Shown: positions 18,775 to 28,765 of the stretch, one piece after another
Position numbering within the stretch: the stretch's first letter is position 1
How the letters are laid out: every line of letters begins with the position of its first letter
NCBI GenBank assembly: GCA_023264445.1
Contig: JAHFMN010000002.1
Coordinates: 66,365 to 130,364 of the forward strand
Reading direction: 5' to 3'
Source: Candidatus Kaiserbacteria bacterium
GTDB taxonomy: Bacteria > Patescibacteriota > Minisyncoccia > Phycocordibacterales > Phycocordibacteraceae
Length of the DNA stretch: 64,000 nucleotides
The notes under the pieces: generated by a model
Seen by the model: only the letters and a program-made list of their open reading frames with translations
Told to the model about the DNA's origin: nothing
Database searches by the model: none
Translations under genes and position numbers: made by a program

Positions 18775-19086
18775 GTGAAAAAGCACATACTCCTGGCTTC
18801 TACGCTCCTTTTCATCGGCACGGCATCTGCGCAGGGCTACCGTATGCCACAGCAATACCGCCCACCGGTAATGCAGCGCCCGATGATTCAGCCGTACGCC
18901 GGTGCTACCCCGATGTACTCGCAACCGTTTCAGTACTATGCGCCGCAGGTATACCGGTACCAGCCGCCGGTGATGGTGCCGCCGCCTCAGTACCAGATTC
19001 AGCCGTACGCCGGTGCCACCCAGATGTACCCGCAGTTCCTAGTTCGACCGCAACCGCCGCCGGTTATCTTTTACTACTACCGGTAA
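18775..19086 (+). CDS. small secreted Tyr/Pro/Gln-rich repeat protein
   Basis: Signal peptide MKKHILLASTLLFIGTASA; two copies of an IQPYAGAT-MY-Q repeat; about 30-bp DNA-level repeat. Confidence 0.6.
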   Translation: MKKHILLASTLLFIGTASAQGYRMPQQYRPPVMQRPMIQPYAGATPMYSQPFQYYAPQVYRYQPPVMVPPPQYQIQPYAGATQMYPQFLVRPQPPPVIFYYYR

Positions 19087-19094
19087 GCGCCCAG

Positions 19095-19145
19095 CCCTAG
19101 TGGAGAAGGACAGTCCTTCTCCACTAGGGCTGTCTTTCTTTTTCG
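19095..19145 (+). terminator. rho-independent terminator (ccctagtggagaagga-cagt-ccttctccactaggg followed by a T-run); may also serve convergent recJ
   Basis: Read directly. Confidence 0.6.
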
Positions 19146-20867
19146 TTAAACCATTCGGATATCGATGAGTCGCAGGCGGACAGGATTGCCGCGCGAGAAG
19201 GTGTCGCGCTCAAGATGCGCGAGCATATGCACCCTACTTCCCGATGAAAGCGTTTCTGCAGTGCGTGCGATGGCGCCTTTTGCAAAAAAGGTCACGGCGT
19301 CAATGTGCACATTTCCTTCATGTGCAGCTATTTTTAATTTCAAATGTTCCTCGCCTTTTCCAAAACGTGAAATCTCATGCGCGATGACCTCGCGTAAAAG
19401 AAACACCGGCTTCGGATTCTCCATACCGAACGGCGCGAGCCGCTCTATTTTTTTCAGGAACGATTCATTTATTTCTTCCGGTGCAATGGTGCCGTCGGCA
19501 TGCTTGGAAAGATCATCTTCGGCTTCTTGCGTCTCCAAACGTGCGTGCGCCTCGACGAGTCGGTCTTCCAGAAAAAATACTTCCGTATCTTGCACGGTGA
19601 AACCGCCCGCTTTTGCATGGCCGCCGAATTCTACAAACATGTTTTCCGTGCCGCGCATGAGCTCGAGGATATGCGTATCGCCGCCACTTCGCACTGAACC
19701 TTTGAGACTCATGTTCCCCTCCCTTCCCCAGAGGAATACTGGCCGCTCATATTCGTCTGCGATGGTATTGCACACGAGCCCGAGGAGTGCCGGGCGCCAT
19801 TCCGGATCGCCGAGCGCGATGACGCTACGCACCTCGCGCTCTTTGAGCCGCGTGTGCACCGCGCGCGTGATGGCGCCCGCTTCTGCCTTGCGCTGGCGGT
19901 TCGCCTTCTCGAGCTTTTTTGCGAGCGCGTCTGCTTCGCTCTCATCCTCCGTGGTGAAGAGGCGGAACGCATCGCGTGCATCGCCCATGCGGCTCGCCGC
20001 ATTCACACGCGGCGCTATCATGAAGCCGACATCGTCTTCGGTAATCGTGCGCTGGTTTACGCGCATGCCGCGACAGAGCTTCTGGAGGCCGATTCGCGGC
20101 GATTTGCGCATGACGAGGAGGCCATAGGTAGCGAGCAGCCGGTTCTCGTCTATAAGCGGGACCATGTCGGCGATGGTTGCGAGCCCCACCATGTCCAGGA
20201 GCCACTTCTCCCACCCCTCCGGCACCTTCTCGCGGAGCTTCGGTTCCACAGCGAGCGTCGCGCAGATGAGCTTCCACGCCACCGCCGAACCGCAGAGTCC
20301 GTGAAAGGGATATGCTTCATCCTCTCTCGCATTCGGGTTTACGACGGCGAATGCTTCGGGAAGCGTCTCGCCCGGGAGGTGATGGTCCGTGATGATGACA
20401 TCAATCCCAAGCTCCTTTGCGCGAGCAACCGGCTTGGTATCAGTGATGCCGGAATCAGCGGTGATGATGAGCGTGACGCCATCTTTTGCGAGCTTCTCAA
20501 TACCGCTTACATTCATGCCATACCCTTCTTCATGTCGATGCGGAATGTAATTTTGAAAGTTCGCTCCCGCTTTCTTGAGAAAATCGTGCAGAAGAGATCC
20601 GCCCGGAATGCCATCGCAGTCATAGTCGCTCCAGACAGCAATATGCTCTCGCGAGAGAATGGCGCTCGCGAAACGCTTCGCGGCCTTCTCCATATCAGTC
20701 ATGAGGAGCGGATCGTACAGGTGTAGATCGTATGAGGGATTCAGGAATTTTTCCGCCGCTTCTTTGGTCATGATGCCGCGGCGCGCAAGTAATGCAGCAG
20801 TTAGGTCATCGTACGAAGCAAGTTCGGTACGGAGCACCTCATCAAGCGGGTCATGGAGCGGAAACAT
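19146..20867 (-). CDS. recJ: single-stranded-DNA-specific exonuclease RecJ
   Basis: DHH motifs DYDCDG, DVIITDHH, DHHI-like; DHHA1 region. Confidence 0.9.
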   Translation of the reverse strand: MFPLHDPLDEVLRTELASYDDLTAALLARRGIMTKEAAEKFLNPSYDLHLYDPLLMTDMEKAAKRFASAILSREHIAVWSDYDCDGIPGGSLLHDFLKKAGANFQNYIPHRHEEGYGMNVSGIEKLAKDGVTLIITADSGITDTKPVARAKELGIDVIITDHHLPGETLPEAFAVVNPNAREDEAYPFHGLCGSAVAWKLICATLAVEPKLREKVPEGWEKWLLDMVGLATIADMVPLIDENRLLATYGLLVMRKSPRIGLQKLCRGMRVNQRTITEDDVGFMIAPRVNAASRMGDARDAFRLFTTEDESEADALAKKLEKANRQRKAEAGAITRAVHTRLKEREVRSVIALGDPEWRPALLGLVCNTIADEYERPVFLWGREGNMSLKGSVRSGGDTHILELMRGTENMFVEFGGHAKAGGFTVQDTEVFFLEDRLVEAHARLETQEAEDDLSKHADGTIAPEEINESFLKKIERLAPFGMENPKPVFLLREVIAHEISRFGKGEEHLKLKIAAHEGNVHIDAVTFFAKGAIARTAETLSSGSRVHMLAHLERDTFSRGNPVRLRLIDIRMV

Positions 20868-20908
20868 GTCTGCCTCATTGTATACTGTGTCGCATGGAGG
20901 ACGTTTTC

Positions 20909-21301
20909 ATGAAAATCATTCGGCGCGAGATCCCTGCCGATATCGTGTATGAAGATGCCGATACGGTCGCCTTCCTCGATATCCGGCCGAATACTCCCGG
21001 CCACACGCTCGTCGTGCCGAAGAAGCCCGTGCAGAATATTTTTGATGCGGATGATGAGACGCTCGCCGCTACGATGCGTACGGTGCGTAAGATCGCCCCT
21101 GCTGTGAGGGATGCAGTCGGTGCACATGGCGTGCACATCAATTCCAACCATGGCGCAGCGGCCGGACAGATCGTCTTCCATCTCCACTTTCATATAATCC
21201 CCCGCCACGACAAGAGTGAATTCGCTTTTTGGCCTCAAAATGAATATCCGCCCGGCGAGGCCGCTACGATAGCGGAGAAGATACGTCAGGCACTCGGCTG
21301 A
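20909..21301 (+). CDS. HIT-family (histidine triad) hydrolase
   Basis: HLHFHIIPR histidine triad; SD ggagga upstream of ATG 20909. Confidence 0.8.
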   Translation: MKIIRREIPADIVYEDADTVAFLDIRPNTPGHTLVVPKKPVQNIFDADDETLAATMRTVRKIAPAVRDAVGAHGVHINSNHGAAAGQIVFHLHFHIIPRHDKSEFAFWPQNEYPPGEAATIAEKIRQALG

Positions 21302-22455
21302 TTATTTAGCGCTTCGATGCCGGGCAAGGTGCCGTTCCCGATGAAGTCGAGCATCGCACCACCTCCGGTGGAAACGAAGGAGAAGCGCGAGAGAAGGCCG
21401 AGATTCTGAATGGAAGCGACCGTGTCGCCGCCGCCCACTACCGAGTACGCGCCCGAGGCGGCGATGGCGCGCGCAAGCGCATCGGTCGCCTCGATGAATC
21501 CATTCTCATAATTTCCCAGAGGGCCGTTCCAGAGGATGACCTTGGCTTTCTGAGCGAGCTCTTTCAGGAGTGCCACGGTGGCTGGGCCATGGTCGAGGAT
21601 GACTTCGTCGCTCCGTACGTCGTCCACTGAAGCGATGCGTGCCTCTGCTCGCGCATCCATGCTTCCCATTGCACCCGCGGGAATGACGAGAGCGTCAACG
21701 GGCAAAACGATTTTCGGCGAGGCGAGGATATTTTTAATAGTCTGTTCGTCAGCGCCTGAAACGAGGGACTTCCCCACTTCTTTCCCGGATGCTTTGAGAA
21801 AATCATGCGCGAGCGCGCCGCCAATAAATAGATGGTCGTAGCTCGAGAGAAGAGTGGTGAGCACCGCCTCTTTCGTATTGAATTTCGCTCCGCCAATAAC
21901 GGCGAATGCAGGATGCTCCGGCGCGCGTGCTTGAAGCAGCACCCGTGCCTCTTCCTCAAGAAGCAGTCCGGCATACGACGGGAGCAGTTTCGGAAGGCCG
22001 ACGATGGAGGCATGCACACGATGGCAGGTGTCGAAAGAGTCTTCCACAAAGATGTCGGCAAGCGTGGCGAGCTCGCGGGCAAATGCGGAATCATTCTCTT
22101 TTTCTCTGCGGTCGCGCCGCAGGTTTTCCAGTACGAGCACCTGCCCCGGATGGAGGGAGCGGATAGCCGCCCGTGCTCCGGCACCGATAGTTTCTGGAAA
22201 GAATGACACATCAGGAACGAGTTTTCCCAGCGCGCGTGCCACCGGCGCGAGCGTCTCGGTCCCCTGCTCGCCGATATGGCCGATGAGCACTACTTTCGCA
22301 CCGCGCTCTTTCAAATATTGGATAGTCGGGAGCGCGCGGCGCAAACGATAATCATTTACAACGCTCTCATTTTCAACCGGAACGTTCAGTGCGGCGCGCA
22401 CCAGTACCGGAATATCCGCGAGAAGCCGTATATCGCGGATGCTCCGCATATTCAA
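21286..22455 (-). CDS. pgk: phosphoglycerate kinase
   Basis: N-terminal VDFNVP-like motif, PTIQYLKERGAKVVLIGHIG, full length. Confidence 0.92.
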   Translation of the reverse strand: MNMRSIRDIRLLADIPVLVRAALNVPVENESVVNDYRLRRALPTIQYLKERGAKVVLIGHIGEQGTETLAPVARALGKLVPDVSFFPETIGAGARAAIRSLHPGQVLVLENLRRDRREKENDSAFARELATLADIFVEDSFDTCHRVHASIVGLPKLLPSYAGLLLEEEARVLLQARAPEHPAFAVIGGAKFNTKEAVLTTLLSSYDHLFIGGALAHDFLKASGKEVGKSLVSGADEQTIKNILASPKIVLPVDALVIPAGAMGSMDARAEARIASVDDVRSDEVILDHGPATVALLKELAQKAKVILWNGPLGNYENGFIEATDALARAIAASGAYSVVGGGDTVASIQNLGLLSRFSFVSTGGGAMLDFIGNGTLPGIEALNNQPSA

Positions 22456-23195
22456 GCGAGCTGTCGTACGAGCACCGAAAAGGCATCAGGGTCGACTGAC
22501 GCATGTCCGACAAGAAGCCCATCTACACCAGAGCTCGCAACGAGTGCGCGCGCATTTTCCGGCTCGACTGATCCGCCATAGAGAATGAGGGAACCGCGAG
22601 AGCTTTTTCCTGGAAGGAGTTCGGCGAGAACCTTGCGTATATAGAGAACCATCTCGGCGAGATCGTTTGGAGAAATCGCTGCTGCAGCAGTTTTGCCGAT
22701 AGCCCAGAGCGGTTCGTACGCGATGATGACCTCATTCCGTTCTTTCGGCGTAAGGGATTCTATGGCGGCAGTCATCTCTTCGCGCACGGTCGCGAGATAG
22801 CGCCCCTCGCCATCGCGCTCGCTCTCGCCGATGCAGAGAATTGGTCGGAGTCCGTGTGCGAGCGCATGTGCAAGCTTCTCGGCAATGATAGGGTCGGTGT
22901 CCCCCGCCGATCTTCGCTCGGAGTGACCGATGATTGCATAGGTCGCTCCGGCCGCTGCATATGCTTGTGCAGTCGCTTCCCCAGTGAACGCGCCGCCGGT
23001 GGTGCGGGATACGTCTTGTGCGGCAAAGGCGACTTTTGACTTGTTTCTTGCCGCGAGTGCACCGAGCAAGGGCGCAGGCGGCGCAAGGACAATGGAAATG
23101 TCGGTTGCAGACGCGAGACGCTTCGCAAGCTCAAAGAGTTTTTTTGCTTTCGATTGTTCTTCTACATAGGCCTTCCAGTTGGCGACAATGAGCAT
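22452..23195 (-). CDS. tpiA: triosephosphate isomerase
   Basis: ANWK, AYEPLWAIGKTAA, GGSV motifs. Confidence 0.92.
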   Translation of the reverse strand: MLIVANWKAYVEEQSKAKKLFELAKRLASATDISIVLAPPAPLLGALAARNKSKVAFAAQDVSRTTGGAFTGEATAQAYAAAGATYAIIGHSERRSAGDTDPIIAEKLAHALAHGLRPILCIGESERDGEGRYLATVREEMTAAIESLTPKERNEVIIAYEPLWAIGKTAAAAISPNDLAEMVLYIRKVLAELLPGKSSRGSLILYGGSVEPENARALVASSGVDGLLVGHASVDPDAFSVLVRQLA

Positions 23196-23231
23196 GTTTC
23201 TATGATACCAGGGCGAAGCTCTCTCGCGTAT

Positions 23232-24569
23232 TCACCGGATAATAGCGTAGGTACCGGGAATGAAGCTCCAGCTTCCACCCGGACCGGACTCAAACACGGA
23301 ACTGGGAAGTCCAGTGTCGTAGGTGACGTTTGCGGAGTTCTGAAGATGAATCTTATAGGCCGTGACCTCTTTTAGAGAGACAGTATTCGCAAGTGGGATT
23401 AGCCCGTGTGCTGCATAGGCGACGAGCGCAGAGGCACTGTTGCTCAAACTAAAGGCCGCTACCGAGCCCCCGGTTTCAGCGCTCCTATTCTGAGAGATTA
23501 GAAAGACAAATGAGCCTGGGGTTCCGGAGTTCTGAAATGTCGCCGTGTTTGCGACCGTGATGATGCTGCTCGTGAGCCGATTCGACGGTTTGTCGGCTAT
23601 GATGGCCACGTTATTTGCTCCGAGAGAACTTGCCATCTTCACTTTTGAAGAGTTTTGGACCGTGATGTCGCCGGTGACCCAGACATGCCCGCCGATGGTC
23701 ACTATAGCGCTGTTGCTGATAATGAGATTACACGGAATTTTTATTGGTCCGAGCGAAACGCTACCGGAGGAGATAGAGTAATTGCCGCCCACGCAGGACG
23801 AAGTCGCCGTCCCGCCTGCTGTCGCAATCCCCTCCCACTCTGCGATCTGCTCATCAGAAATCGGTAAAGAACTCGTAGCCTGGTCAGCACTGTTTGGGTG
23901 CGAAGTGCCGTGCACCGTTGTATTAGTCTTAGTGGAATAATAGTAGGCGTCTTTATCTATAATCGTGCTCTCTGAAGCATTTCCGATGGTATGGGCATAT
24001 ACGGAGCTCGTCGCGTGGATGCCATACACGAGCCCGTTTGATCCCGAGGAGACGACATCGCCGTAGATATAATTCTGGCTCGTGCCGATGACCGAACCGC
24101 TTGAGAACACATTACCGATCACCGTGGAAGAGTTCTCCATGAAGAAGCCGCCATTTCCGGACTGTATGCCATAGTGGAATGAGACGACCGAGCTATCGAT
24201 TCCGACATTTGCCTTGATAGTCTTCGTCGCCACAGGATTTGCGCTGTTCGGTACGGAGGCGGTTATGGTGATACGTTTCGTATCGGTATCGACGGTTGCA
24301 AGCGTAATGGTATATACGCCGCCACCCAATGCGGTGTTGGCCTCACCAGCGTAGCTCGGGTCCTGGTTCAGCTGGTAGACTGCTGCATCGAGAGCCCCCT
24401 CGGCGATAGAAAGAGCCTGTGCCGCGGCAACCGTCGTCCGCCCGGCCTTACTGTAGGAAGTTACGTGTCCCACGAGCGCAGCTGATACCGTGAAAAAGAT
24501 TCCGGCAAAGACAAGGGCGAGCAGTATGACCTGTCCTCGAGAGTAGTGTGATGGTATGACGCGGGTCAT
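23232..24569 (-). CDS. large type IV pilus-associated protein with a degenerate prepilin-like N-terminus (SRG-QVILLALVF, no Glu5)
   Basis: Last gene of the pilB-pilC-pilin operon; N-terminal RG plus hydrophobic helix resembling ComGG/PilX-type minor pilins. Confidence 0.5.
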   Translation of the reverse strand: MTRVIPSHYSRGQVILLALVFAGIFFTVSAALVGHVTSYSKAGRTTVAAAQALSIAEGALDAAVYQLNQDPSYAGEANTALGGGVYTITLATVDTDTKRITITASVPNSANPVATKTIKANVGIDSSVVSFHYGIQSGNGGFFMENSSTVIGNVFSSGSVIGTSQNYIYGDVVSSGSNGLVYGIHATSSVYAHTIGNASESTIIDKDAYYYSTKTNTTVHGTSHPNSADQATSSLPISDEQIAEWEGIATAGGTATSSCVGGNYSISSGSVSLGPIKIPCNLIISNSAIVTIGGHVWVTGDITVQNSSKVKMASSLGANNVAIIADKPSNRLTSSIITVANTATFQNSGTPGSFVFLISQNRSAETGGSVAAFSLSNSASALVAYAAHGLIPLANTVSLKEVTAYKIHLQNSANVTYDTGLPSSVFESGPGGSWSFIPGTYAIIR

Positions 24570-25126
24570 AGCGTTGGTTGCAGGTTGCGCAAGTGTAATT
24601 GTTCTCGCAGATGGCTCTGCACCACCTCCTGCTTGAATTGCGCCTGCATGCGTAGCTCGGCAGTTACATTCGCGACTTGAGCGAAGTCGGCATTGTCATA
24701 CGTGAAAGAGAGAGCATTAAGCGTGGTGGAGAGCAGGGTGAGGCCTGAAACGCGAGTACTTCCCGACCCTGCTTCAACCAGACGGTAGAATTTTGCTGAA
24801 TCGGTGTAGAAGGCGACGTAGTCTTTCACCCCGGAGATGATATTTCCGGAACTATCGATGGAAGGGAGCTCTAGGACGAGCACGGTTGTAGAAGAAGTGT
24901 ACGTCGTGCCGGAAAAGCTGCGGGAAGCAAGCACATGTTCTGCGGGAAAGACGGCCGCTTCAAGTGCATTTAGTGTTTTGCTCGCGGAGCCGGAGGTGGC
25001 CATGAAGACCTGCTGGTATCCATATATGGAATTGAAAATAAAGAAGAGATTGGAGAGTGCAATAAGCGCGAGCGCGCTTATGCCGATGACGATGACTGAT
25101 TCCAATAAGGTAAAGCCACGTTTCAT
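24566..25126 (-). CDS. type IV pilin/pseudopilin (prepilin N-terminal methylation motif)
   Basis: KRG-FTLLESVIVIGI class III signal peptide. Confidence 0.75.
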   Translation of the reverse strand: MKRGFTLLESVIVIGISALALIALSNLFFIFNSIYGYQQVFMATSGSASKTLNALEAAVFPAEHVLASRSFSGTTYTSSTTVLVLELPSIDSSGNIISGVKDYVAFYTDSAKFYRLVEAGSGSTRVSGLTLLSTTLNALSFTYDNADFAQVANVTAELRMQAQFKQEVVQSHLREQLHLRNLQPTL

Positions 25127-25545
25127 AAGCCGTTGTCTTCAGTGATAAGTGTTGTGAGAGAGACTGATCGCGTACTAGAGCCCGCACCTCTCCATGACAC
25201 GCTTACCTCCACTTGTTTCGTTTTTGCATTTACGCTCGTAATCATCAGGGAGGTAGTACCTGCTGCGAGTGAGCTAAGAAGCGTGTCGGCGAATGAACCA
25301 CTTACAGGGAGTGCAGCGTAGCCAGAAGCGCGCAGCGTCTCGATCTTATTGCGCGCTATGCGAAGAGCAAGGTCCTGATCGCGGACTTCCCTCCCCCCGA
25401 CGGGAATACGCGCAAGTAGCGCACCGGTTGCGGCGATGAGAATGCCGATGATGGCGACTGCGACCGTTACCTCAATTAGCGTGAATCCTCGAGTGGACTG
25501 CCGCATCATGTTAGATGGCGGAGGAAAGCTGGTAAATCGGCGCAA
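25123..25545 (-). CDS. type IV pilin/pseudopilin
   Basis: TRG-FTLIEVTVAVAIIGILIA; start may be an internal Met (about 25509). Confidence 0.75.
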   Translation of the reverse strand: MRRFTSFPPPSNMMRQSTRGFTLIEVTVAVAIIGILIAATGALLARIPVGGREVRDQDLALRIARNKIETLRASGYAALPVSGSFADTLLSSLAAGTTSLMITSVNAKTKQVEVSVSWRGAGSSTRSVSLTTLITEDNGL

Positions 25546-26728
25546 TCATGGACACGGCGAAGACGCCCACAATCGTACCGATGACGAGCATGAGGATCGG
25601 CTCGATGATGGTGGAGAGGTTTTTCGTCTTTTCGGCGACCGTCTCTTCATAAAATTCGGCGATTTGTTTCAGCATGTCGGCGACTTTACCCGTCTCCTCG
25701 CCCACCGCGAGCATCTCGCCCATCAAGATGGGATAGATCTTTTCATGTTCGATGAACGAAGTGGAGAGTGGCTCTCCTTTCTTAACGTGCGCCTCGGCTT
25801 CTTCTACGACCTCTGCAAACATACTTGCCTGCACGACGCTGCGCGTGATGGAGAGAGCGCTTAATACGGGCACGCCGGCTGCAAGGAGCGAGGAAAGCGT
25901 CCGGGCAGTGCGCGCGGTATACGTCTCGCGCACCAATTCGCCGATAATCGGCAGGTGGAGCGCAACGCGCAGCATTATTTTTCCTCCTACTTTTGACTGG
26001 AAGAAGAGGAAGCTGCCGAGTGCGAGTACCGCAAGCGTCAGAAGCACCGCCACCATATGGCTCACCATGAAACTCGATAAGAACACGATGACGCGGGTCG
26101 CAAGCGGCACTTGCACCCCGAGCGATGTGAAGGTACTGGTCAGGGTCGGTACTACATAGAGAAGCATCAGGATAGCGACGATGATGACTGCAGTGATAAC
26201 GATGGCTGGGTAGATCATCGCACCCTTTATTTTCCGTATCAGTTCCTCGGAGCGTTCCATCTGGAGGGCGACGATGGAGAGCGATTCGGTCAGGGCGCCT
26301 GATTCCTCCCCCGCTCGCACCATCGCGACAAAGAGTTCAGGGAATACGCGCGGGTAGTCTGCGAGGGCCTCGTGGAACGATGTTCCTTTCTTTATTGATT
26401 CAGAGAGACCAGTGATGACCCGCTTCAGATACGCATTACTCGATTGACGTTCGATGATGGAGAGCGCACGCGAAATGGAAATACCGGCAGAAAGCATCGA
26501 GGAGAGATTCTTTGCGGTACGAACAATTTCTATGCGCTTTATTCCCGTGCCGATTGATATATTGAGATTCACCAATTTCCCGGAGATAAATCCGTCTTGT
26601 TCCGTAATTGAGACGACGAGACCTCCTTCACGCCGTATTTGTTCATATATCTCAAAGCGCGAAGGCGCCTCAATCATCCGTATTTCGTCCGGTGCGTTTT
26701 CCTTTCGTATGGTGACACGGAATTTCAT
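25511..26728 (-). CDS. pilC: type IV pilus assembly platform protein PilC/GspF family
   Basis: Two T2SSF repeats, three TM, family-typical sequence. Confidence 0.85.
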   Translation of the reverse strand: MKFRVTIRKENAPDEIRMIEAPSRFEIYEQIRREGGLVVSITEQDGFISGKLVNLNISIGTGIKRIEIVRTAKNLSSMLSAGISISRALSIIERQSSNAYLKRVITGLSESIKKGTSFHEALADYPRVFPELFVAMVRAGEESGALTESLSIVALQMERSEELIRKIKGAMIYPAIVITAVIIVAILMLLYVVPTLTSTFTSLGVQVPLATRVIVFLSSFMVSHMVAVLLTLAVLALGSFLFFQSKVGGKIMLRVALHLPIIGELVRETYTARTARTLSSLLAAGVPVLSALSITRSVVQASMFAEVVEEAEAHVKKGEPLSTSFIEHEKIYPILMGEMLAVGEETGKVADMLKQIAEFYEETVAEKTKNLSTIIEPILMLVIGTIVGVFAVSMIAPIYQLSSAI

Positions 26729-26732
26729 ATGT

Positions 26733-28481
26733 CTATTCGCTTATGGCGCGCAAGACCTCTTCAATGCTCGTGATGCCGCGTGCGGCCTTGTAGAGCCCGT
26801 CTTCAAGCATCGTGAGCATACCCTCTTTCTTCGCCTGCGTCTCAATGGCATCGCTAGTGCTTGAGCGGAGAATAATCTCGCGGATTGTCGGGGTAACCGC
26901 AAGCACTTCATGGATGCCGATACGGCTCTTGTATCCGTCTTCGCATTCGGGAGTCGGCGTCGGTCGATAGAAGGAGAGGTCATCGAGCGTGGACCCTTTC
27001 TTGACGAGCTTTTCATCTTCAAGGGCTTTGAACGCCGCTTTGAATTCCGTATCAGCGGCGATTTTCGCCCGCATCGCGGTACTCATGGAGTAAGACTCTT
27101 TACTCTCACAAAGCTTGCGAACGAGCCGTTGCCCGATGATGACACGGACGGTAGAAGCGAGAAGGAAGGGTTCCACGCCCATATCAAGGAGGCGCGGGAT
27201 GGAGCCGGCAGCGCTGTTGGTGTGAATAGTCGAGAGCACGAGATGGCCAGTGAGTGCAGCGTTGATGGCAAGCGAAGCCGTCTCGCTGTCGCGGATTTCG
27301 CCGACCATGATGATGTCAGGGTCCTGGCGCACGAGCGAGCGGAGTCCATTTGCAAAGGTGAATCCGATGGTTGGATTTACCTGTGTCTGGTTGACCCGCT
27401 TCATCTGGTACTCGATAGGGTCTTCGATCGTGGAGATGTTTACGTCCGGCTGGTTGAGGATATCCATCATCGTATACAGCGTTGTCGTCTTGCCGCTTCC
27501 AGTTGGGCCCGAGATGAGGATGATGCCGCTCGTCTGCTTGAGCGCACGATGAATGCGCTCCGTATTTTCCCCGTGGAGACCGAGTACGTCGAGCGTGAAG
27601 CCCTCCCCCGTTTCGCGCAGAAGGCGCATCACCGTCTTCTCACCGAAGAAGGTTGGGAGGATTGAGACGCGGAAGGACACGCGATCTGCTTCGGTCTCCA
27701 TCTTGAAGCGGCCGTCCTGCGGGAGGCGCTTTTCATCGAGTTTTAGATTGGAGAGCACTTTGATGCGCGCGACGACGCTCGGAGCCGCAGCCTTCGGTAG
27801 CGTCATCGCGTCGTGGAGGATGCCGTCAATGCGATAGCGCACTAGCACCTCGCTTTCCATCGGTTCGATATGGATGTCGGAAGCGCCTTGCACGATGGCA
27901 TGCCGCAGAAGCGTATCCACGATGCGCACGATGGGCAGGTCCTCCGCCATCTTCTTGAGGTCATCGCTTGAGAGGTCCTTGTTTCCCTCTGCGATGACCC
28001 TGATTTTCCCCGCCTCGGTAGAAATGATGTCGCCAAACTCGTCCTTGAGCGATTTCTGGTACTGCAGGAGGGAGAATTTGATGCTCTCGGTATCGGTGAG
28101 CCGCGAAAGGATCTTCAAGCCGGTCTTCTTGCGCACTGAATCGATCGAGGAGAGGTCTTCCACGTCGAGCATCGCCACTTCAAGCGATTCTCCTTCTTTC
28201 TTGTACGCGATGATATTGTGCGTGCGCGCAATCGGCTCGGGGATGAGCGCGAGCACCTCAACCGGAATCCGGTGGTCTTTTAGGTTTACGAACGGAATAC
28301 CGAGCACATACGCCTGGATGCGCCGGAGTGCGTCATCGGTCAAGGAGCCGCACGAGACGAGGATATCGCCGAGCGATTGGCCGCGTTTCTTCGCCTCTTC
28401 ATCGGCAGCATCAATTTCTTTCTTGGCGACGAGGCCAGAATCAATAATGAACTCTTTCAGTTCGCCTTCTGAAACGTGCAT
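26733..28481 (-). CDS. pilB: type IV pilus assembly ATPase PilB/GspE family
   Basis: Walker A GPTGSGKTT, Asp box, GEIRDSETASLAINAALTGHLVLSTIHTN His box; start taken at MHVSEGELKEF (28481). Confidence 0.88.
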   Translation of the reverse strand: MHVSEGELKEFIIDSGLVAKKEIDAADEEAKKRGQSLGDILVSCGSLTDDALRRIQAYVLGIPFVNLKDHRIPVEVLALIPEPIARTHNIIAYKKEGESLEVAMLDVEDLSSIDSVRKKTGLKILSRLTDTESIKFSLLQYQKSLKDEFGDIISTEAGKIRVIAEGNKDLSSDDLKKMAEDLPIVRIVDTLLRHAIVQGASDIHIEPMESEVLVRYRIDGILHDAMTLPKAAAPSVVARIKVLSNLKLDEKRLPQDGRFKMETEADRVSFRVSILPTFFGEKTVMRLLRETGEGFTLDVLGLHGENTERIHRALKQTSGIILISGPTGSGKTTTLYTMMDILNQPDVNISTIEDPIEYQMKRVNQTQVNPTIGFTFANGLRSLVRQDPDIIMVGEIRDSETASLAINAALTGHLVLSTIHTNSAAGSIPRLLDMGVEPFLLASTVRVIIGQRLVRKLCESKESYSMSTAMRAKIAADTEFKAAFKALEDEKLVKKGSTLDDLSFYRPTPTPECEDGYKSRIGIHEVLAVTPTIREIILRSSTSDAIETQAKKEGMLTMLEDGLYKAARGITSIEEVLRAISE

Positions 28482-28673
28482 ATACCTTTGAAGTATAACG
28501 CGCCCATACTCAACTCTAGCGTGCTGTGCATATATACTGTTGCTATTGACGCAGTTTCGCTCTTTAACAATTCGGAAGATGTAAGACATCCTAGGTAACG
28601 TTCGACGTTACAGCAGGATTAGGATGTCGCGTACGGGGGCGAATCGTAAACGATTCGCCCCCAACTCTTTCTA

Positions 28674-28701
28674 TTGACGCGCGCAGTGCTTCTGGTATAC
28701 T
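28674..28701 (+). promoter_or_regulatory. sigma70-like promoter TTGACG-N16-TATACT upstream of nusA
   Basis: Read directly. Confidence 0.45.
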
Positions 28702-28765
28702 TCCTCATACCTGAATGCCCCGCAGAGGGCTTTCTTTATAAAACGTGCGACATACATAATCCATA

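Noticed and set aside
19165-20127. Long antisense or overlapping ORFs inside well-supported genes (e.g. 19165..20127 inside recJ, 28736..29851 antisense to nusA, 44321..44986 and 44799..45395 inside comM, 15041..16033 inside comEC, 21564..22211 inside pgk)
   Set aside because: GC-rich sequence yields long spurious open frames. Each overlaps a gene with clear family motifs on the other strand or frame, and none has motifs of its own.
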